Counted from the stretch's first letter, positions 16,534-27,299 are shown. The stretch is 64,000 bases of DNA from an uncultured Verrucomicrobiota bacterium (GCA_964589935.1 CAZPVD010000001.1:352818-416817); one strand, 5' to 3'. The notes: generated from the sequence alone by a model not told the origin. Translations and numbers: made by a program.

Positions 16534-19395
16534 ATGAGTTCACTCGCCCATCCCGACCGTTTCGTCCACCGCCACATCGGCCCCAATGCGGACGAGCAAA
16601 CGGAAATGCTCGCCACCGTCGGCTTCGCGAGCCTCGACGCGCTCGTGGATGCGGCTGTGCCTGCGAACATCCGCCGCCGCGAACCGCTGAACCTCCCGCC
16701 CGCCGCGAGCGAACACGAGGCGCTGGCGCGGCTTAAGTCCATCGCCGCGAAGAACCAAGTCTTCCGCTCGTTCATCGGCATGGGCTACCACGATTGCATC
16801 ACGCCGCCGGTCATCCAGCGCAACATGCTCGAAAATCCCGGCTGGTATACACAATACACGCCGTATCAGTCCGAGATTTCGCAGGGCCGCCTCGAAATGC
16901 TGCTGAATTTCCAGACGATGATCTGCGACCTGACCGGCCTGCCAATCGCCAACGCCTCGATGCTCGACGAGGCGACCGCGTGCGCCGAGGCGATGATGAT
17001 GTGCCACCGGCTCAAGGGCGCGGAGAGGCGCAATGCGTTCTTCGTCTCGGAGAGCTGCCATCCTCAGAACATCGAAGTGGTGCGGACGCGCGCGAAAGCG
17101 CTCGACCTCGAAGTCATCGTCGGCTCGCATGAAACCATCGCGCTCGCCGGGAAATTCTTCGGCGCGCTTGTGCAGTATCCAGCGACGGATGGGGCGATTC
17201 ACGATTACTCGTTCTTCGCTGAAAAGGTTCACGCGTCGGGCGCACTTTGTGTCGTCGCGGCGGATCTGCTCGCGCTCACGCTCATCAAGCCGCCGGGGGA
17301 GTTCGGAGCGGATGTCGCGATTGGCAGCGCGCAGCGCTTCGGCGTGCCGCTCGGCTATGGCGGACCGCACGCGGCGTTTTTCGCGACGAAGGACGAGTTC
17401 AAGCGCCAGATGCCGGGCCGGCTGATCGGAGTCTCGAAAGATGCGCGCGGCAAGCCCGCGCTGCGCCTCGCGCTCGGCACGCGCGAGCAGCACATCCGCC
17501 GCGAGAAGGCCACGTCGAACATCTGCACCGCGCAGGCGCTGCTCGCGAACATGGCGGCGGCCTATGCGATTTATCACGGCCCCGCGGGGCTGAAAGCCAT
17601 TGCAAAGCGCGTGCACATCCTTGCCGATCGCTTTGCTGCCGCAGTCATGGTCAACGGGTTCACTGTGGATTATGCGGAGTTCTTCGATACCGTTGGAGTG
17701 GAATGTGAATCGGCCAAGAAGCGCGATGAGATTCTCCAACGCGCAATCGAGTGCCGCATCAACCTTCGGTCCCATGGATCTAATCTGATTCTTGTCTCCT
17801 TCGATGAAACGACGGACGCGGTGATCTTGTCCGAGTTGATTACCATCTTCACCGGCAAACCGTCGGAAGCACCAACATTTGAAAAGAGCCTCGATGAAAT
17901 ACAGGTTGGTTTCCGGGATTTTCTTCGGCGCACTTCACACTTCCTTCTGGCTCCCGTCTTCAACCGTTATCACTCCGAGACGGAAATGCTGCGCTACTTG
18001 CGCCGGCTCGAAGCGCGCGACCTCTCACTCTGTCAGGCGATGATCCCGCTCGGCTCCTGCACGATGAAGCTCAATGCCACGTCGCAGATGTTCCCGGTGA
18101 GCTGGCCGGAGTTTGCAAAAATTCACCCGTTCGCGCCGCTGCGCCAGACGCGCGGGTATCAGGACTTGTTCGCGCAGCTTGAGGAATGGTTGAGTGAAAT
18201 CACCGGCTTCGCGGCGGTCAGTTTGCAACCGAACGCCGGCTCGCAGGGCGAATACGCCGGGCTGCTCTGCATCCATGCCTATCACGCCAGCCGCGGCGAA
18301 TCGCATCGCGACATCTGCCTCATCCCGGCCAGCGCGCACGGCACGAATCCCGCCAGCGCGGTGATGGCAGGAATGAAAGTCGTCGCGGTCGCGTGCGACA
18401 AGGAAGGCAACATTGATGTGGCCGATTTGCGTGCGAAGGCCGCCGAGCACACACGCGATCTCGCGTGCCTCATGGTCACGTATCCCAGCACGCACGGCGT
18501 CTTCGAGGAGAGCATCAAGGAAATCTGCGCCATCGTCCACGAGCACGGCGGGCAAGTTTACATGGATGGCGCGAACATGAACGCTCAGGTCGGGCTGACT
18601 TCGCCGGGCTTCATCGGCGCGGACGTGTGCCATTTGAATTTGCACAAGACGTTCTGCATTCCGCACGGCGGCGGCGGGCCGGGCGTGGGGCCGATTGGCG
18701 TTGCGGAACATCTCGCGCCATTCCTGCCGAGTCATCCCGTCGTGAATCTCGGCGGCGAGGAGCCCATCGGTGCCGTGAGCGCCGCGCCGTGGGGCAGCGC
18801 GAGCATTCTGCCGGTTTCATGGATGTATATCGCGACGATGGGCGCGGATGGACTCACCGAGGCGACGAAGGCCGCCATCCTCAACGCGAACTATATCGCC
18901 ACGCGGCTGGAGAAATTTTTCCCAACGCTCTATCGCGGCCACGGCAACCTCGTCGCGCACGAGTGCATCCTCGACCTGCGCCAGTTCAAGAGCGTCACCG
19001 CCGAGGACGTGGCGAAGCGGCTGATGGATTACGGTTTTCACGCGCCGACGCTGTCGTTTCCCGTCGCAGGCACGTTGATGGTCGAGCCAACGGAGAGTGA
19101 GTCGAAGTTTGAGCTCAACCGTTTCTGCGACGCGATGATTGCGATTCACGGCGAGATTCAAGCCATCGAATCCGGCGTGATGGACAAGGCGAACAACCCG
19201 CTCAAGAACGCGCCACACACGGCGGACACAATTGCGCTCGCGGAATGGAACCGTCCCTACTCCCGCGAGCAGGCGGCCTTTCCAACCACCTGGCAGCGCG
19301 AGTCGAAGTTCTGGCCGGCTGTTGCCCGCGTGGACAACGTCTTCGGTGACCGCAATCTCGTTTGCTCGTGTGCCGGGATGGAGGCGTATTCCTGA
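16534..19395 (+). CDS. gcvP: glycine dehydrogenase (decarboxylating), single-chain P protein
   Basis: The ORF track starts at 16444; the conserved N-terminus begins at the ATG at 16534 ([18 protein letters not shown]). ~953 aa with the PLP-lysine region [19 protein letters not shown]. Confidence 0.95.
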   Translation: MSSLAHPDRFVHRHIGPNADEQTEMLATVGFASLDALVDAAVPANIRRREPLNLPPAASEHEALARLKSIAAKNQVFRSFIGMGYHDCITPPVIQRNMLENPGWYTQYTPYQSEISQGRLEMLLNFQTMICDLTGLPIANASMLDEATACAEAMMMCHRLKGAERRNAFFVSESCHPQNIEVVRTRAKALDLEVIVGSHETIALAGKFFGALVQYPATDGAIHDYSFFAEKVHASGALCVVAADLLALTLIKPPGEFGADVAIGSAQRFGVPLGYGGPHAAFFATKDEFKRQMPGRLIGVSKDARGKPALRLALGTREQHIRREKATSNICTAQALLANMAAAYAIYHGPAGLKAIAKRVHILADRFAAAVMVNGFTVDYAEFFDTVGVECESAKKRDEILQRAIECRINLRSHGSNLILVSFDETTDAVILSELITIFTGKPSEAPTFEKSLDEIQVGFRDFLRRTSHFLLAPVFNRYHSETEMLRYLRRLEARDLSLCQAMIPLGSCTMKLNATSQMFPVSWPEFAKIHPFAPLRQTRGYQDLFAQLEEWLSEITGFAAVSLQPNAGSQGEYAGLLCIHAYHASRGESHRDICLIPASAHGTNPASAVMAGMKVVAVACDKEGNIDVADLRAKAAEHTRDLACLMVTYPSTHGVFEESIKEICAIVHEHGGQVYMDGANMNAQVGLTSPGFIGADVCHLNLHKTFCIPHGGGGPGVGPIGVAEHLAPFLPSHPVVNLGGEEPIGAVSAAPWGSASILPVSWMYIATMGADGLTEATKAAILNANYIATRLEKFFPTLYRGHGNLVAHECILDLRQFKSVTAEDVAKRLMDYGFHAPTLSFPVAGTLMVEPTESESKFELNRFCDAMIAIHGEIQAIESGVMDKANNPLKNAPHTADTIALAEWNRPYSREQAAFPTTWQRESKFWPAVARVDNVFGDRNLVCSCAGMEAYS

Positions 19396-19451
19396 CGCGA
19401 GCGCGGTGTTTCCTCCTTTTCGCCGGGCTGCGTTGACCGCATACTGTGCGC

Positions 19452-20699
19452 ATGGGCTTGGCGCTGGCATTGGCGGGTGTGCTGCTGTGTGCCGCGGCGA
19501 GTTTCTTCTTCGCGCTGGCGGAAACGGCGCTCTTTGCCCTTGGCAAATGGCAGGCGCGCCAGCTTGCCGAGCGTTCGCCGGCGCGGGGCGCGCTGGTCGT
19601 CCGGCTGCTGGAGGAACCGCATGACCTGCTCGCGACCATCGTCCTCGGCAACACCTTCGCGAATGCCTGCCTCGTGGCCATCGGCCTGAGTCTTTCTCTC
19701 GGTGGAAACTGGCACTACCTCGGCTTGGTGATCGCGGGCTTGCTTGTTTTTATTCTGTTTGGCGGCGAAGTCGTTCCGAAGACGCTCGCCGTGCGGATGC
19801 CGGAGGCGTGGTCTCTGCGTGTCGCGCGGCCGATGCTGATTTTCGTCCAGCTCACACGCCCCCTCCGCCGGATTGCGCAGCGCTTCACCGAAACGATGCT
19901 GCGTCTGTTTGTGCCATCCTCGGTCAAGCCGCACACCGCGCTCACCGAGGCGGAATACCGCGAACTGATCGAGCTGGCCGCGCAACAAGGCGCGCTCGCC
20001 CGCTCCGAAAAAGAAATCATCCTGCAGATCATCCAACTCGACCGGCGCGCGGTGCGTGACGTGATGCAGCCGCGCGCGCGCATGGCGTGCATCTCGGACG
20101 AGTTGAGCATCGAGGAAATGATCGCGGCGGCGCGCCGCCTCAAGCATCGCCGCCTGCCGATTTACGACGAATCGCCCGACACCATCGTAAGCGTGCTCAA
20201 CGTGCGAGTGTTGCTGCTGAATCCAAGTGTGGACCTCGCCGATGCCATCGAGTTTCCGTCGTTCGTGCCGGAGACGATGAACCTGCTGCAACTGTTCCAG
20301 AGCCTTCAACGTCAGCAACGCGGTCTCGCCATCGTGCTCGACGAATACGGCGGCACGGCTGGAGTTGTGACGATGCAGGACATTCTCGAAAGCATCATCG
20401 GCGGCGTGCATGACCGTGGCACGTCCGATGGATTTGTCATGGAGAAGCTCGGCGAAGGCCGCTGGCGCGTGAACGGCACGATGCGCATCGAGGACTTCCG
20501 GCGCGAATATCCAGACCTCGGCGGCGGCGGCGAAGTGGACACCATGGGCGGCCTGCTCACAACTCAAATGCAGGTCGTGCCGGTGCAGGGCGAATCCATC
20601 GTCGTTCGCGGCCTGAAGCTGACTGCCCATGTGACGGATGAACGCCGTGTCCGCGAGGTTTTGGTCGAGCGGATTCAAGTCGCAAAGGCAAAGGCATAG
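19452..20699 (+). CDS. CNNM/CorC-type hemolysin-family protein (DUF21 + CBS pair + CorC_HlyC)
   Basis: ATG at 19452 (the GTG at 19446 is also possible). N-terminal DUF21 transmembrane region ...FFFALAETALFAL, CBS region, and a C-terminal transporter-associated domain. Confidence 0.85.
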   Translation: MGLALALAGVLLCAAASFFFALAETALFALGKWQARQLAERSPARGALVVRLLEEPHDLLATIVLGNTFANACLVAIGLSLSLGGNWHYLGLVIAGLLVFILFGGEVVPKTLAVRMPEAWSLRVARPMLIFVQLTRPLRRIAQRFTETMLRLFVPSSVKPHTALTEAEYRELIELAAQQGALARSEKEIILQIIQLDRRAVRDVMQPRARMACISDELSIEEMIAAARRLKHRRLPIYDESPDTIVSVLNVRVLLLNPSVDLADAIEFPSFVPETMNLLQLFQSLQRQQRGLAIVLDEYGGTAGVVTMQDILESIIGGVHDRGTSDGFVMEKLGEGRWRVNGTMRIEDFRREYPDLGGGGEVDTMGGLLTTQMQVVPVQGESIVVRGLKLTAHVTDERRVREVLVERIQVAKAKA

Positions 20700-20704
20700 T
20701 CGTG

Positions 20705-21691
20705 ATGGAACCGTCAATTGTCATCCCCGTTTTTGCGCTGTGCCTTGCGACATCGTTTTTAATGTCGGGCATGGAGGCAGGTGTGTTTGCACTGAACCGG
20801 CTGCGCATCCGCCAGTTCATGCGCGGCGGCAGCGCGCGCGCGCGTGCCTTGCACAATTACCTCGAAAAGCCCGAGGAATTTCTCTGGACCATTCTCGTCG
20901 GCAACACACTCGCCAATTTCACCGCGGCTTGCCTCCTCGTGGTCGTGCTTCGCGGGCGCTTTCACGACGAGCCATTGATGTTCGTGGCATTCTTCATTGG
21001 CGTTGTGTTTCTTTTCTACGCACTGTGCGAACTGCTGCCGAAGATTTTGTTTCGCACGTTCCCGAACCGGCTTTGCCTGATGCTGGCCATCCCATTCCGG
21101 CTTGTTCATGTCGCGCTTTCGCCGCTCGTCAGTCTCGTCCGCTGGCTCGCGGACGGCCTGCTGCGATGGACGGGCGGGAAAGTTTTCACGGGCCATCTGT
21201 TCGCCAATCGCGACGAACTGCGCGCGCTCATGCAGGAGTCGGGCGGCGCGTTCACGAGCGAGGAGCGCGCAATGATCAACCGCGTGCTCGACCTCCAGCA
21301 TATCACGGTGCGTCAGGTCATGCGCCCGCTCGACAAGGTCGCAAGCGTCACCACGCAAACACCGATGACTGATGTGCTCGCGATCTTCCGCGAGAAGCCC
21401 TTCGCGCGCCTACCCGTGTGGCAGGAGGAGGCTGGCAATCGTCGCGTGGCCGGTGTGCTCAACCTTAAGGACGTTTTGTTTCTAGCTGAGAATGAACTCG
21501 GCCACGCCGCCGGCCAGCGGACGCGGCCTGCCCTCTATCTCGATGACGGCGTGCGCCTCGAAGAGGCCCTGCGCCAGATGCAAAAGAGCGGACATCGCCT
21601 CGCCATCGTGCTCGGCCGCGACCGGCGCGAAATTGGCATCCTCAGCCTGTCGGACATTTTGAAAGTCATCTTCGGCGAGGTGAACGCGTGA
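20705..21691 (+). CDS. DUF21 + CBS-pair membrane protein (CNNM paralogue lacking the CorC_HlyC C-terminal domain)
   Basis: ~328 aa, starts 5 nt after the previous stop. SGMEAGVFALNRLRIRQ... is the DUF21 pattern. It ends right after the CBS pair. Confidence 0.8.
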   Translation: MEPSIVIPVFALCLATSFLMSGMEAGVFALNRLRIRQFMRGGSARARALHNYLEKPEEFLWTILVGNTLANFTAACLLVVVLRGRFHDEPLMFVAFFIGVVFLFYALCELLPKILFRTFPNRLCLMLAIPFRLVHVALSPLVSLVRWLADGLLRWTGGKVFTGHLFANRDELRALMQESGGAFTSEERAMINRVLDLQHITVRQVMRPLDKVASVTTQTPMTDVLAIFREKPFARLPVWQEEAGNRRVAGVLNLKDVLFLAENELGHAAGQRTRPALYLDDGVRLEEALRQMQKSGHRLAIVLGRDRREIGILSLSDILKVIFGEVNA

Positions 21692-22995
21692 ACGTCGTCC
21701 TGCAAATCCTGGCCGTCATCGGACTCGTGCTGCTCAACGGATTGTTTGTAGCAGCCGAGTTTGCGCTCGTGAAAGTTCGGGACACACAACTCGAACCCCT
21801 CGTGCTGCGTGGACATCGCCGGGCAAAAGTCGCGCGGCATCTGCTCGCAAACCTCAATGCCTATCTCAGCGCCACACAGCTCGGCATCACGATGGCGAGC
21901 CTGGCGCTCGGTTGGTTCGGCGAGCCGATCTTTACCGGGCTGCTAACGCCGGCACTCACCGCGTTGAATGTCACCTCGCACGAGTTGCGGCATTCCATTT
22001 CGTTCGCCATTGGCTTCTCGGTGATCACGATGTTGCACATCACGTGCGGCGAACTGCTGCCCAAATGGATAGCGATCCAGCATTCGCTGCGCGCCTCGCT
22101 GTGGCTGGCCGCTCCACTGCGCGCATTTTACCTGGCTTCGCTTCCGTTCAACTGGCTGCTCACGCGAATCGCGGAATGGCTCATGCGCCGCGTGGGGATG
22201 GAGCCGGACGGGGGCGCGGCGGGGATCCATACCGAGGACGAACTTCGCCTCATGCTCGGCACGGTGCAGAAGCAGGCCGGAGCCACGCGGCTGGGCCGAG
22301 AGATTGTGCTGAACGCGCTCGATCTGCGCCGGCGCATCGCGCGGGACGTGATGCGTCCGCGCCAGGAAATCAGTGTGTTCGACACGGGCGCAAGCATCGC
22401 CGAATGCCTCGATGTGGCCGAGCGCACTCGCTACTCGCGCTTCCCTCTTTGTGAAAATGGCGACATGGACAGCACGCTCGGTGTCGTTCACATCAAGGAC
22501 CTTTATGCACACCGCATCAAGTCGCGGATTGGCGCCGACCTCGTTTCCGTCGCGAAAAAACTCATCTTCGTCCCGGAAACCGCGCGCTTGGAGAAACTGC
22601 TACAGCTCTTTCTTGAACGGAAACTTCACTTCGCGATTGTTGTGGACGAATACGGCGGCACGACCGGCATGGTGACGCTGGAGAATGTGCTTGAGGAACT
22701 CGTCGGCCCGATTCAAGACGAGTTCGATCAGGAGCAGCCGCTGCTGGTGCGTCGCGGCGAGGGCGTTTGGGATGCCGATGGCGCGCTGCCACTGCATGAG
22801 CTTTCGGAAATCGTCGGCGAATCACTCCATGCCGAGGGCGTGACGACCACGAGTGGCTGGGTCACGCAACAGCTCGGCGGATTCCCAAAGCCGGGCGACG
22901 TGATTTCACTCGGCCGTCATGAACTTCGCGTCGAGGAGATGAACGGCCCGCGCGTGGCTCGGCTGCGCGTGACGCGCTCAAAGGAACCTTCCTGA
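21688..22995 (+). CDS. CNNM/CorC-type hemolysin-family protein (DUF21 + CBS pair + CorC_HlyC)
   Basis: 435-aa ORF whose GTG start overlaps the previous stop (GTGA). LLNGLFVAAEFALVKVR...LSATQLGIT...; the C-terminal CorC_HlyC-like domain is present. Confidence 0.85.
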   Translation: MNVVLQILAVIGLVLLNGLFVAAEFALVKVRDTQLEPLVLRGHRRAKVARHLLANLNAYLSATQLGITMASLALGWFGEPIFTGLLTPALTALNVTSHELRHSISFAIGFSVITMLHITCGELLPKWIAIQHSLRASLWLAAPLRAFYLASLPFNWLLTRIAEWLMRRVGMEPDGGAAGIHTEDELRLMLGTVQKQAGATRLGREIVLNALDLRRRIARDVMRPRQEISVFDTGASIAECLDVAERTRYSRFPLCENGDMDSTLGVVHIKDLYAHRIKSRIGADLVSVAKKLIFVPETARLEKLLQLFLERKLHFAIVVDEYGGTTGMVTLENVLEELVGPIQDEFDQEQPLLVRRGEGVWDADGALPLHELSEIVGESLHAEGVTTTSGWVTQQLGGFPKPGDVISLGRHELRVEEMNGPRVARLRVTRSKEPS

Positions 22996-23790
22996 AGCGC
23001 ATGTCTCGCGGCTGCGTCGCGCCGCACGCAGGCCAGTTCGTGCAGCCGCGAACACGAACACTCCGGAAGCAACACCCGCCACCGTTGCGGGCCAGAGATG
23101 ATGACGCGCGTTCTCTGCTGTGAGGAACAAATCCATCAGCAGCCAAACCCAAAGCGGATGCACATCAGGCGGAGGCGCGGCGGGGCGTTTGTTGATGAGC
23201 CACGGCGCAACAAGCACGAGCAGCGCAACGGGCTCCATGGCAATGCGTGCCAGCGGCGCAGATTGCGCAAAACTGTGGGAAAGTGTCGTCGCGAGCGTTG
23301 TTGCGATCACAAGCACGACAATTCCGACAGCGCTGTGGCGGTTCATTTTTGCGGCGATGAGCTTCGCGACGCCGCGGCTGGCCAAAGCGAACACAAGCCA
23401 CGCGAGCGGCACGGCCAAATCACGCACCGCTGTTGCGTTGAATTGAATTGGTGGAAGACCGCCTTTTGCGGCAAGCCATTCCATCCCGGCGGCGCCGCAA
23501 AGCACGAGCACCGCGATGGTGAAAACATTCTGAATCGGAATGAAGCGTGCGATGCCGGCCAGGGTTGTCATGGCCGCCAGCACGAGCACTGCAAGGTTTA
23601 ATCCTTCTTCATATTTCGGCGGCAACGAGTGAGTTTGCAGCGCAATCAAAGACGCGATCAAGTCGGCAACGAAGACGCTGAAGCAGATGCCATGCGCCGT
23701 AATCAAGGCAGGATGAATCCAAAAATTCCCATCAGACGGATCGGTTTCAGTGGCCAACGAGAGAGTGAGGTGTGAGTCGCGCGGCCGCAC
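22978..23790 (-). CDS. polytopic membrane protein, hypothetical
   Basis: 270-aa ORF with a GTG start and about 7 hydrophobic segments. Its 3' end overlaps the convergent gene by 18 nt. No motif recognised and the start is uncertain. Confidence 0.5.
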   Translation of the reverse strand: MRPRDSHLTLSLATETDPSDGNFWIHPALITAHGICFSVFVADLIASLIALQTHSLPPKYEEGLNLAVLVLAAMTTLAGIARFIPIQNVFTIAVLVLCGAAGMEWLAAKGGLPPIQFNATAVRDLAVPLAWLVFALASRGVAKLIAAKMNRHSAVGIVVLVIATTLATTLSHSFAQSAPLARIAMEPVALLVLVAPWLINKRPAAPPPDVHPLWVWLLMDLFLTAENARHHLWPATVAGVASGVFVFAAARTGLRAARRSRETCASGRFL

Positions 23791-23808
23791 AGGCGAAAAA
23801 TTGAAGGA

Positions 23809-26232
23809 CTATTTGTTGCTGTTCGCTTCACGCGCCCGCCAGAACTCCTCGGCGGTGCTCGCCTTGTCCCAGTTATTTTCGGGGAGTTCGTAAGCGATGC
23901 GCTTGAGGCCGGGCACGTCGCGAATCGCATCGAGGTGCTTCACGTTGGCGGGGAGCGTGAGATATTCAAGACGCGTGCAGTCGGTAAGCGGTGCGAGGTC
24001 CACGGTCTGAGTGCAGCCGTCGAGTTGGAGGACGCTGAGAGGCATGCCGCGTAGCGCGTTGAGGTCGGTGACGCGTGTGTGCTGGAGGTTGAGTTTGGAA
24101 AGTGACATGCCCTTCAACGGCGCGAGGTTACTGATGCGAGTGAAACCAAGGTTGAGTTGGACGAGCGGCCGGCCGGTGAGTGGTGACAGGTCACGGTTGT
24201 TAATTTGCGTGTGGTCGAGTTCGAGTTCCGCGAGCGGCATGCGCGACAATGCCGATAAATCCCGAATCGAAGTGTGACTCAAGTTCAGGGAAGCGATGGG
24301 AAGTCCCTTCAGGGGTGAAAGGTCCGTGACGCGCGTGCGGGAAAGGTTCAGCGCGGTAAGCGGCATATTGCGCAGGACGGAAATGTCAGCGGTCTCAGAA
24401 TTGCTGAGGTCCAACTGCAACATGCCATCAGGATCGCGGGTAAGCGCACCCGGCAGGCGGGCCTTTTGGAGAATTTCCTTCCAAAGCTCAAAGACTTGTT
24501 GTGCGCCCTTGCCGAGACGAGGGGTGAGTGCAAGCGCCTCGGTGTGGCGGCCCTGGTTGAGCATGACAACGCGCAGATCATAGAGCGACTCGGGCGGCAG
24601 AGATTCCTGGCCGCGTGATTCGCGAAGAATTCTGTCGCACAGATCAAGATTTTCCACGGCCAGCGCGCCGGTGACGTTGTTCGTGGAAACGAGCTGGAGG
24701 ACGCGTGCGTAGTCGTCGCGAGCGTCCTTGATACGAAGCATGGACTCATAGATGTTGCCGCGCAAAAGGTGGTAGTCCGGTTGGTTGGGCTGGAGCGAGA
24801 TGGCGTAGGAAATTTTTTGTTCCGCGCGGGCGAACTTGAGTTCCTCGACGAGCGAACGCGCCTCTGCGTAAAAGCTCGGAGCCGTGGCGCGCAGTTCCGT
24901 CAGAGTGTTGGTGACTTTTCTGAAAGCTGCCACGCCGAGCACGATCATCATAATGAGCGCAATCGCGGCGAGTGTGAACTCGGCCTTGCGACGCCTCACG
25001 AGCAGCCGCAACAGGGTGAACGCGCTCGCCTTTTCGGCGCTGGTTGCGTAGCCATTTTGGAACGCCGCGATGTCCCGTTGCAGGTCGGCAACCGTTTGGT
25101 AACGGTCTTCGGGCCGTTGCGCCATCGTCTTCATCGTGACTGCGGAAAGTGCGGCTGGAATTTTCCGGTCGGGGCAATGAACCAGCGGCGGGATGACTTC
25201 TCCATACGGCTTGAGCGCCTCGCGGTCGCGGATGGACGTGCGTGTGTTAAAGGTCGTTGGCGGGATGACTTTGCTGGCGGCAACATTCTCCAGCACCTCG
25301 CGCACAGAGTCGCCCGTGACCGGCGGATGGAGTGTCAGAATCGTGTAGAGAATCGCGCCAAGGGCGTAGATGTCCGTGCGGGCGTCAATGCTCTCCGCGC
25401 GGCCTTCTGCCTGCTCAGGTGCCATGTAACGCGGAGTGCCCTTGACTTGGCCGTCCAGTGTGCGAAACAAATCCTGTCCGGGCATTTCATCCGGAGACAC
25501 CGTCGAGGCGGGGGCAACAGTCTGCGTGGCCTTTCCCTCTGGCATCAGTTTCGCCAGTCCCCAATCCATGACGAGCACCTCGCCGTATTCACCGATCATG
25601 ATGTTATCCGGCTTGAGGTCGCGATGGACGACGCCTCGGGAATGCGCGTAGGCCACGCCGTCGCAGATTTTTTGGAAAATGGTCAGAAGCTGGCCGAGCG
25701 GATACTTCTCGATGGTGGCCTTGTCGCCGTCGCGAATGTTCGTGAGAATCTGGCTCAACGTGACTCCGCCGACGAGCCTCATGCTGTAAAAGAGCGTGCC
25801 GTCCGTGGCGACGCCCATTTCGTAGAGGGGAACGATGTTTGGATGCTCGAGCTGTCCGGTGATGCGCGCCTCGCTCACGAAGCGGTGCAGTTTTTCATCC
25901 GATTCCGCAGCGCCCGGAAGCATCACCTTCAGCGCCACGGTGCGGAGAATGTTTCTGTCCTCGGCACTGAAAATCGCGCCCATGCCGCCAACGGCAACGA
26001 CATCCTTGAGCTCAAAAAAACCCGACTCGTCATCCGGTCGCGGCACCACCACGAGCGGCACGGCGCCGCCGGACGCGGCGCTCGCGCGCGAACGGGCCGT
26101 CAGATAGCGGGTGACGGTGACGTTGCCGCGGCCGCTCTCGGTTTCGAGCAATGGTTTGAGGCGCCAGAGCAAAGTCTCGGCTGAGACTTCGCCTGGCTCG
26201 GGCGTGACCGGACTATCTCCTGTGACGTCCAT
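23809..26232 (-). CDS. Ser/Thr protein kinase with TM segment, TPR-like region and C-terminal leucine-rich repeats
   Basis: The ORF track TTG start is at 26268; I prefer the ATG at 26232 (MDVTGD). Kinase motifs HRDLKPDNIM, DWGLAK and GTPRYMAPE. A hydrophobic helix LAAIALIMMIVLGVAAF follows. The C-terminus has repeated L..L.LS.T.I.DLSPL units. Confidence 0.85.
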   Translation of the reverse strand: MDVTGDSPVTPEPGEVSAETLLWRLKPLLETESGRGNVTVTRYLTARSRASAASGGAVPLVVVPRPDDESGFFELKDVVAVGGMGAIFSAEDRNILRTVALKVMLPGAAESDEKLHRFVSEARITGQLEHPNIVPLYEMGVATDGTLFYSMRLVGGVTLSQILTNIRDGDKATIEKYPLGQLLTIFQKICDGVAYAHSRGVVHRDLKPDNIMIGEYGEVLVMDWGLAKLMPEGKATQTVAPASTVSPDEMPGQDLFRTLDGQVKGTPRYMAPEQAEGRAESIDARTDIYALGAILYTILTLHPPVTGDSVREVLENVAASKVIPPTTFNTRTSIRDREALKPYGEVIPPLVHCPDRKIPAALSAVTMKTMAQRPEDRYQTVADLQRDIAAFQNGYATSAEKASAFTLLRLLVRRRKAEFTLAAIALIMMIVLGVAAFRKVTNTLTELRATAPSFYAEARSLVEELKFARAEQKISYAISLQPNQPDYHLLRGNIYESMLRIKDARDDYARVLQLVSTNNVTGALAVENLDLCDRILRESRGQESLPPESLYDLRVVMLNQGRHTEALALTPRLGKGAQQVFELWKEILQKARLPGALTRDPDGMLQLDLSNSETADISVLRNMPLTALNLSRTRVTDLSPLKGLPIASLNLSHTSIRDLSALSRMPLAELELDHTQINNRDLSPLTGRPLVQLNLGFTRISNLAPLKGMSLSKLNLQHTRVTDLNALRGMPLSVLQLDGCTQTVDLAPLTDCTRLEYLTLPANVKHLDAIRDVPGLKRIAYELPENNWDKASTAEEFWRAREANSNK

Positions 26233-26509
26233 GTGGCGCAACTTACGCAGGCCAGCCCGCGACTGCAAGAGGCTTGCCTCGTGCGAAGCCTATCGGCAAT
26301 CCCGTCCGGCTGGAATACGGAAAATCCCGAAGAAACTTCGCAAGCCGGCGGACACAGATTGTCTCAACCGCAGCCGTATCATTATTCGCACTACAGGCGG
26401 GCGCTGCTTTCTCACCAAAAAATGCCAAGCGAATGACAACCCGCGTGTGGGCGGGAAAATCGTTCGAGAGTTGAGTCCACACGGGTCACGAAAACGATTC
26501 AAAACACCT

Positions 26510-27283
26510 GTGAAACTTATACGACTCAAACAGCGACTGTGGTGGGCGGTGCCCGTTGTCACCGCCGCGACACTGATTGCCTGCTCCACCGTGCAGCGTG
26601 TCATGCTCGCGCCGCCGCAGATTCCCGGCGCGGCACTCGTCGGGTCGGCCAACTGCGCACAGTGCCACGCGGAGGTTTCAAAGGGATTTCACACTGCGAC
26701 GCACGCAAGGATCGTCGCCAAGGGCGACAACGCATTGAACATGGGCTGCGAATCCTGCCACGGCCCCGGCAGCCTTCACTCGCAAAGTGGCGGGGCGCGC
26801 AACACCATCATCAATCCACGCGAGTCGTCCGAGACGTGCTTCCAATGCCATCTCGACAAGCGCGGTGAGTTCAGCCTGCCGCATCATCACCCCGTGCCGG
26901 AGGGCAAAATCAGTTGTGCCGATTGCCACAACCCGCACAAGGGCGACGCGGTCAAGGGCGGTGGCACGCAACTCGCCACGGAGCACCAGACCTGCGCGCG
27001 CTGCCACACCGCTCAAGGCGGACCGTTCGTCTTTGAACACGAGGCCGTGCATGAAGGCTGCACCACCTGCCACAACCCGCACGGCAGCGTGAACGCACGG
27101 ATGCTCGTGCAACGCAACCAGAACCTCTGTCTCAAGTGCCATTTCCAACAACAGACAGCCGCGGGCGTGATCGTCATTGGCGGCCGCGACCACACGTCGT
27201 TCCTGCGGCGCGGGACGTGCTGGTCGGCCGGTTGCCATGAAGCCGTGCATGGCTCGCAAATCGGGTCGAGCTTGCGATTCTGA
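26510..27283 (+). CDS. multihaem c-type cytochrome lipoprotein (7 CxxCH + 1 CxxxxCH), MtrA/OmaB-like periplasmic component
   Basis: The ORF track extends to 26111 inside the kinase gene. I call the GTG at 26510, giving MKLIRLKQRLWWAVPVVTAATLIAC|S (lipobox). Haem motifs: CAQCH, CESCH, CFQCH, CADCH, CARCH, CTTCH, CLKCH, plus CWSAGCH followed by EAVHGS. Confidence 0.85.
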   Translation: MKLIRLKQRLWWAVPVVTAATLIACSTVQRVMLAPPQIPGAALVGSANCAQCHAEVSKGFHTATHARIVAKGDNALNMGCESCHGPGSLHSQSGGARNTIINPRESSETCFQCHLDKRGEFSLPHHHPVPEGKISCADCHNPHKGDAVKGGGTQLATEHQTCARCHTAQGGPFVFEHEAVHEGCTTCHNPHGSVNARMLVQRNQNLCLKCHFQQQTAAGVIVIGGRDHTSFLRRGTCWSAGCHEAVHGSQIGSSLRF

Positions 27284-27299
27284 AACCAAGGAAGCTCCA

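Noticed and set aside
26111-26509. Long 5' extension of the multihaem cytochrome ORF
   Set aside because: It overlaps the kinase gene and the promoter region. The GTG at 26510 yields a proper lipoprotein signal peptide.
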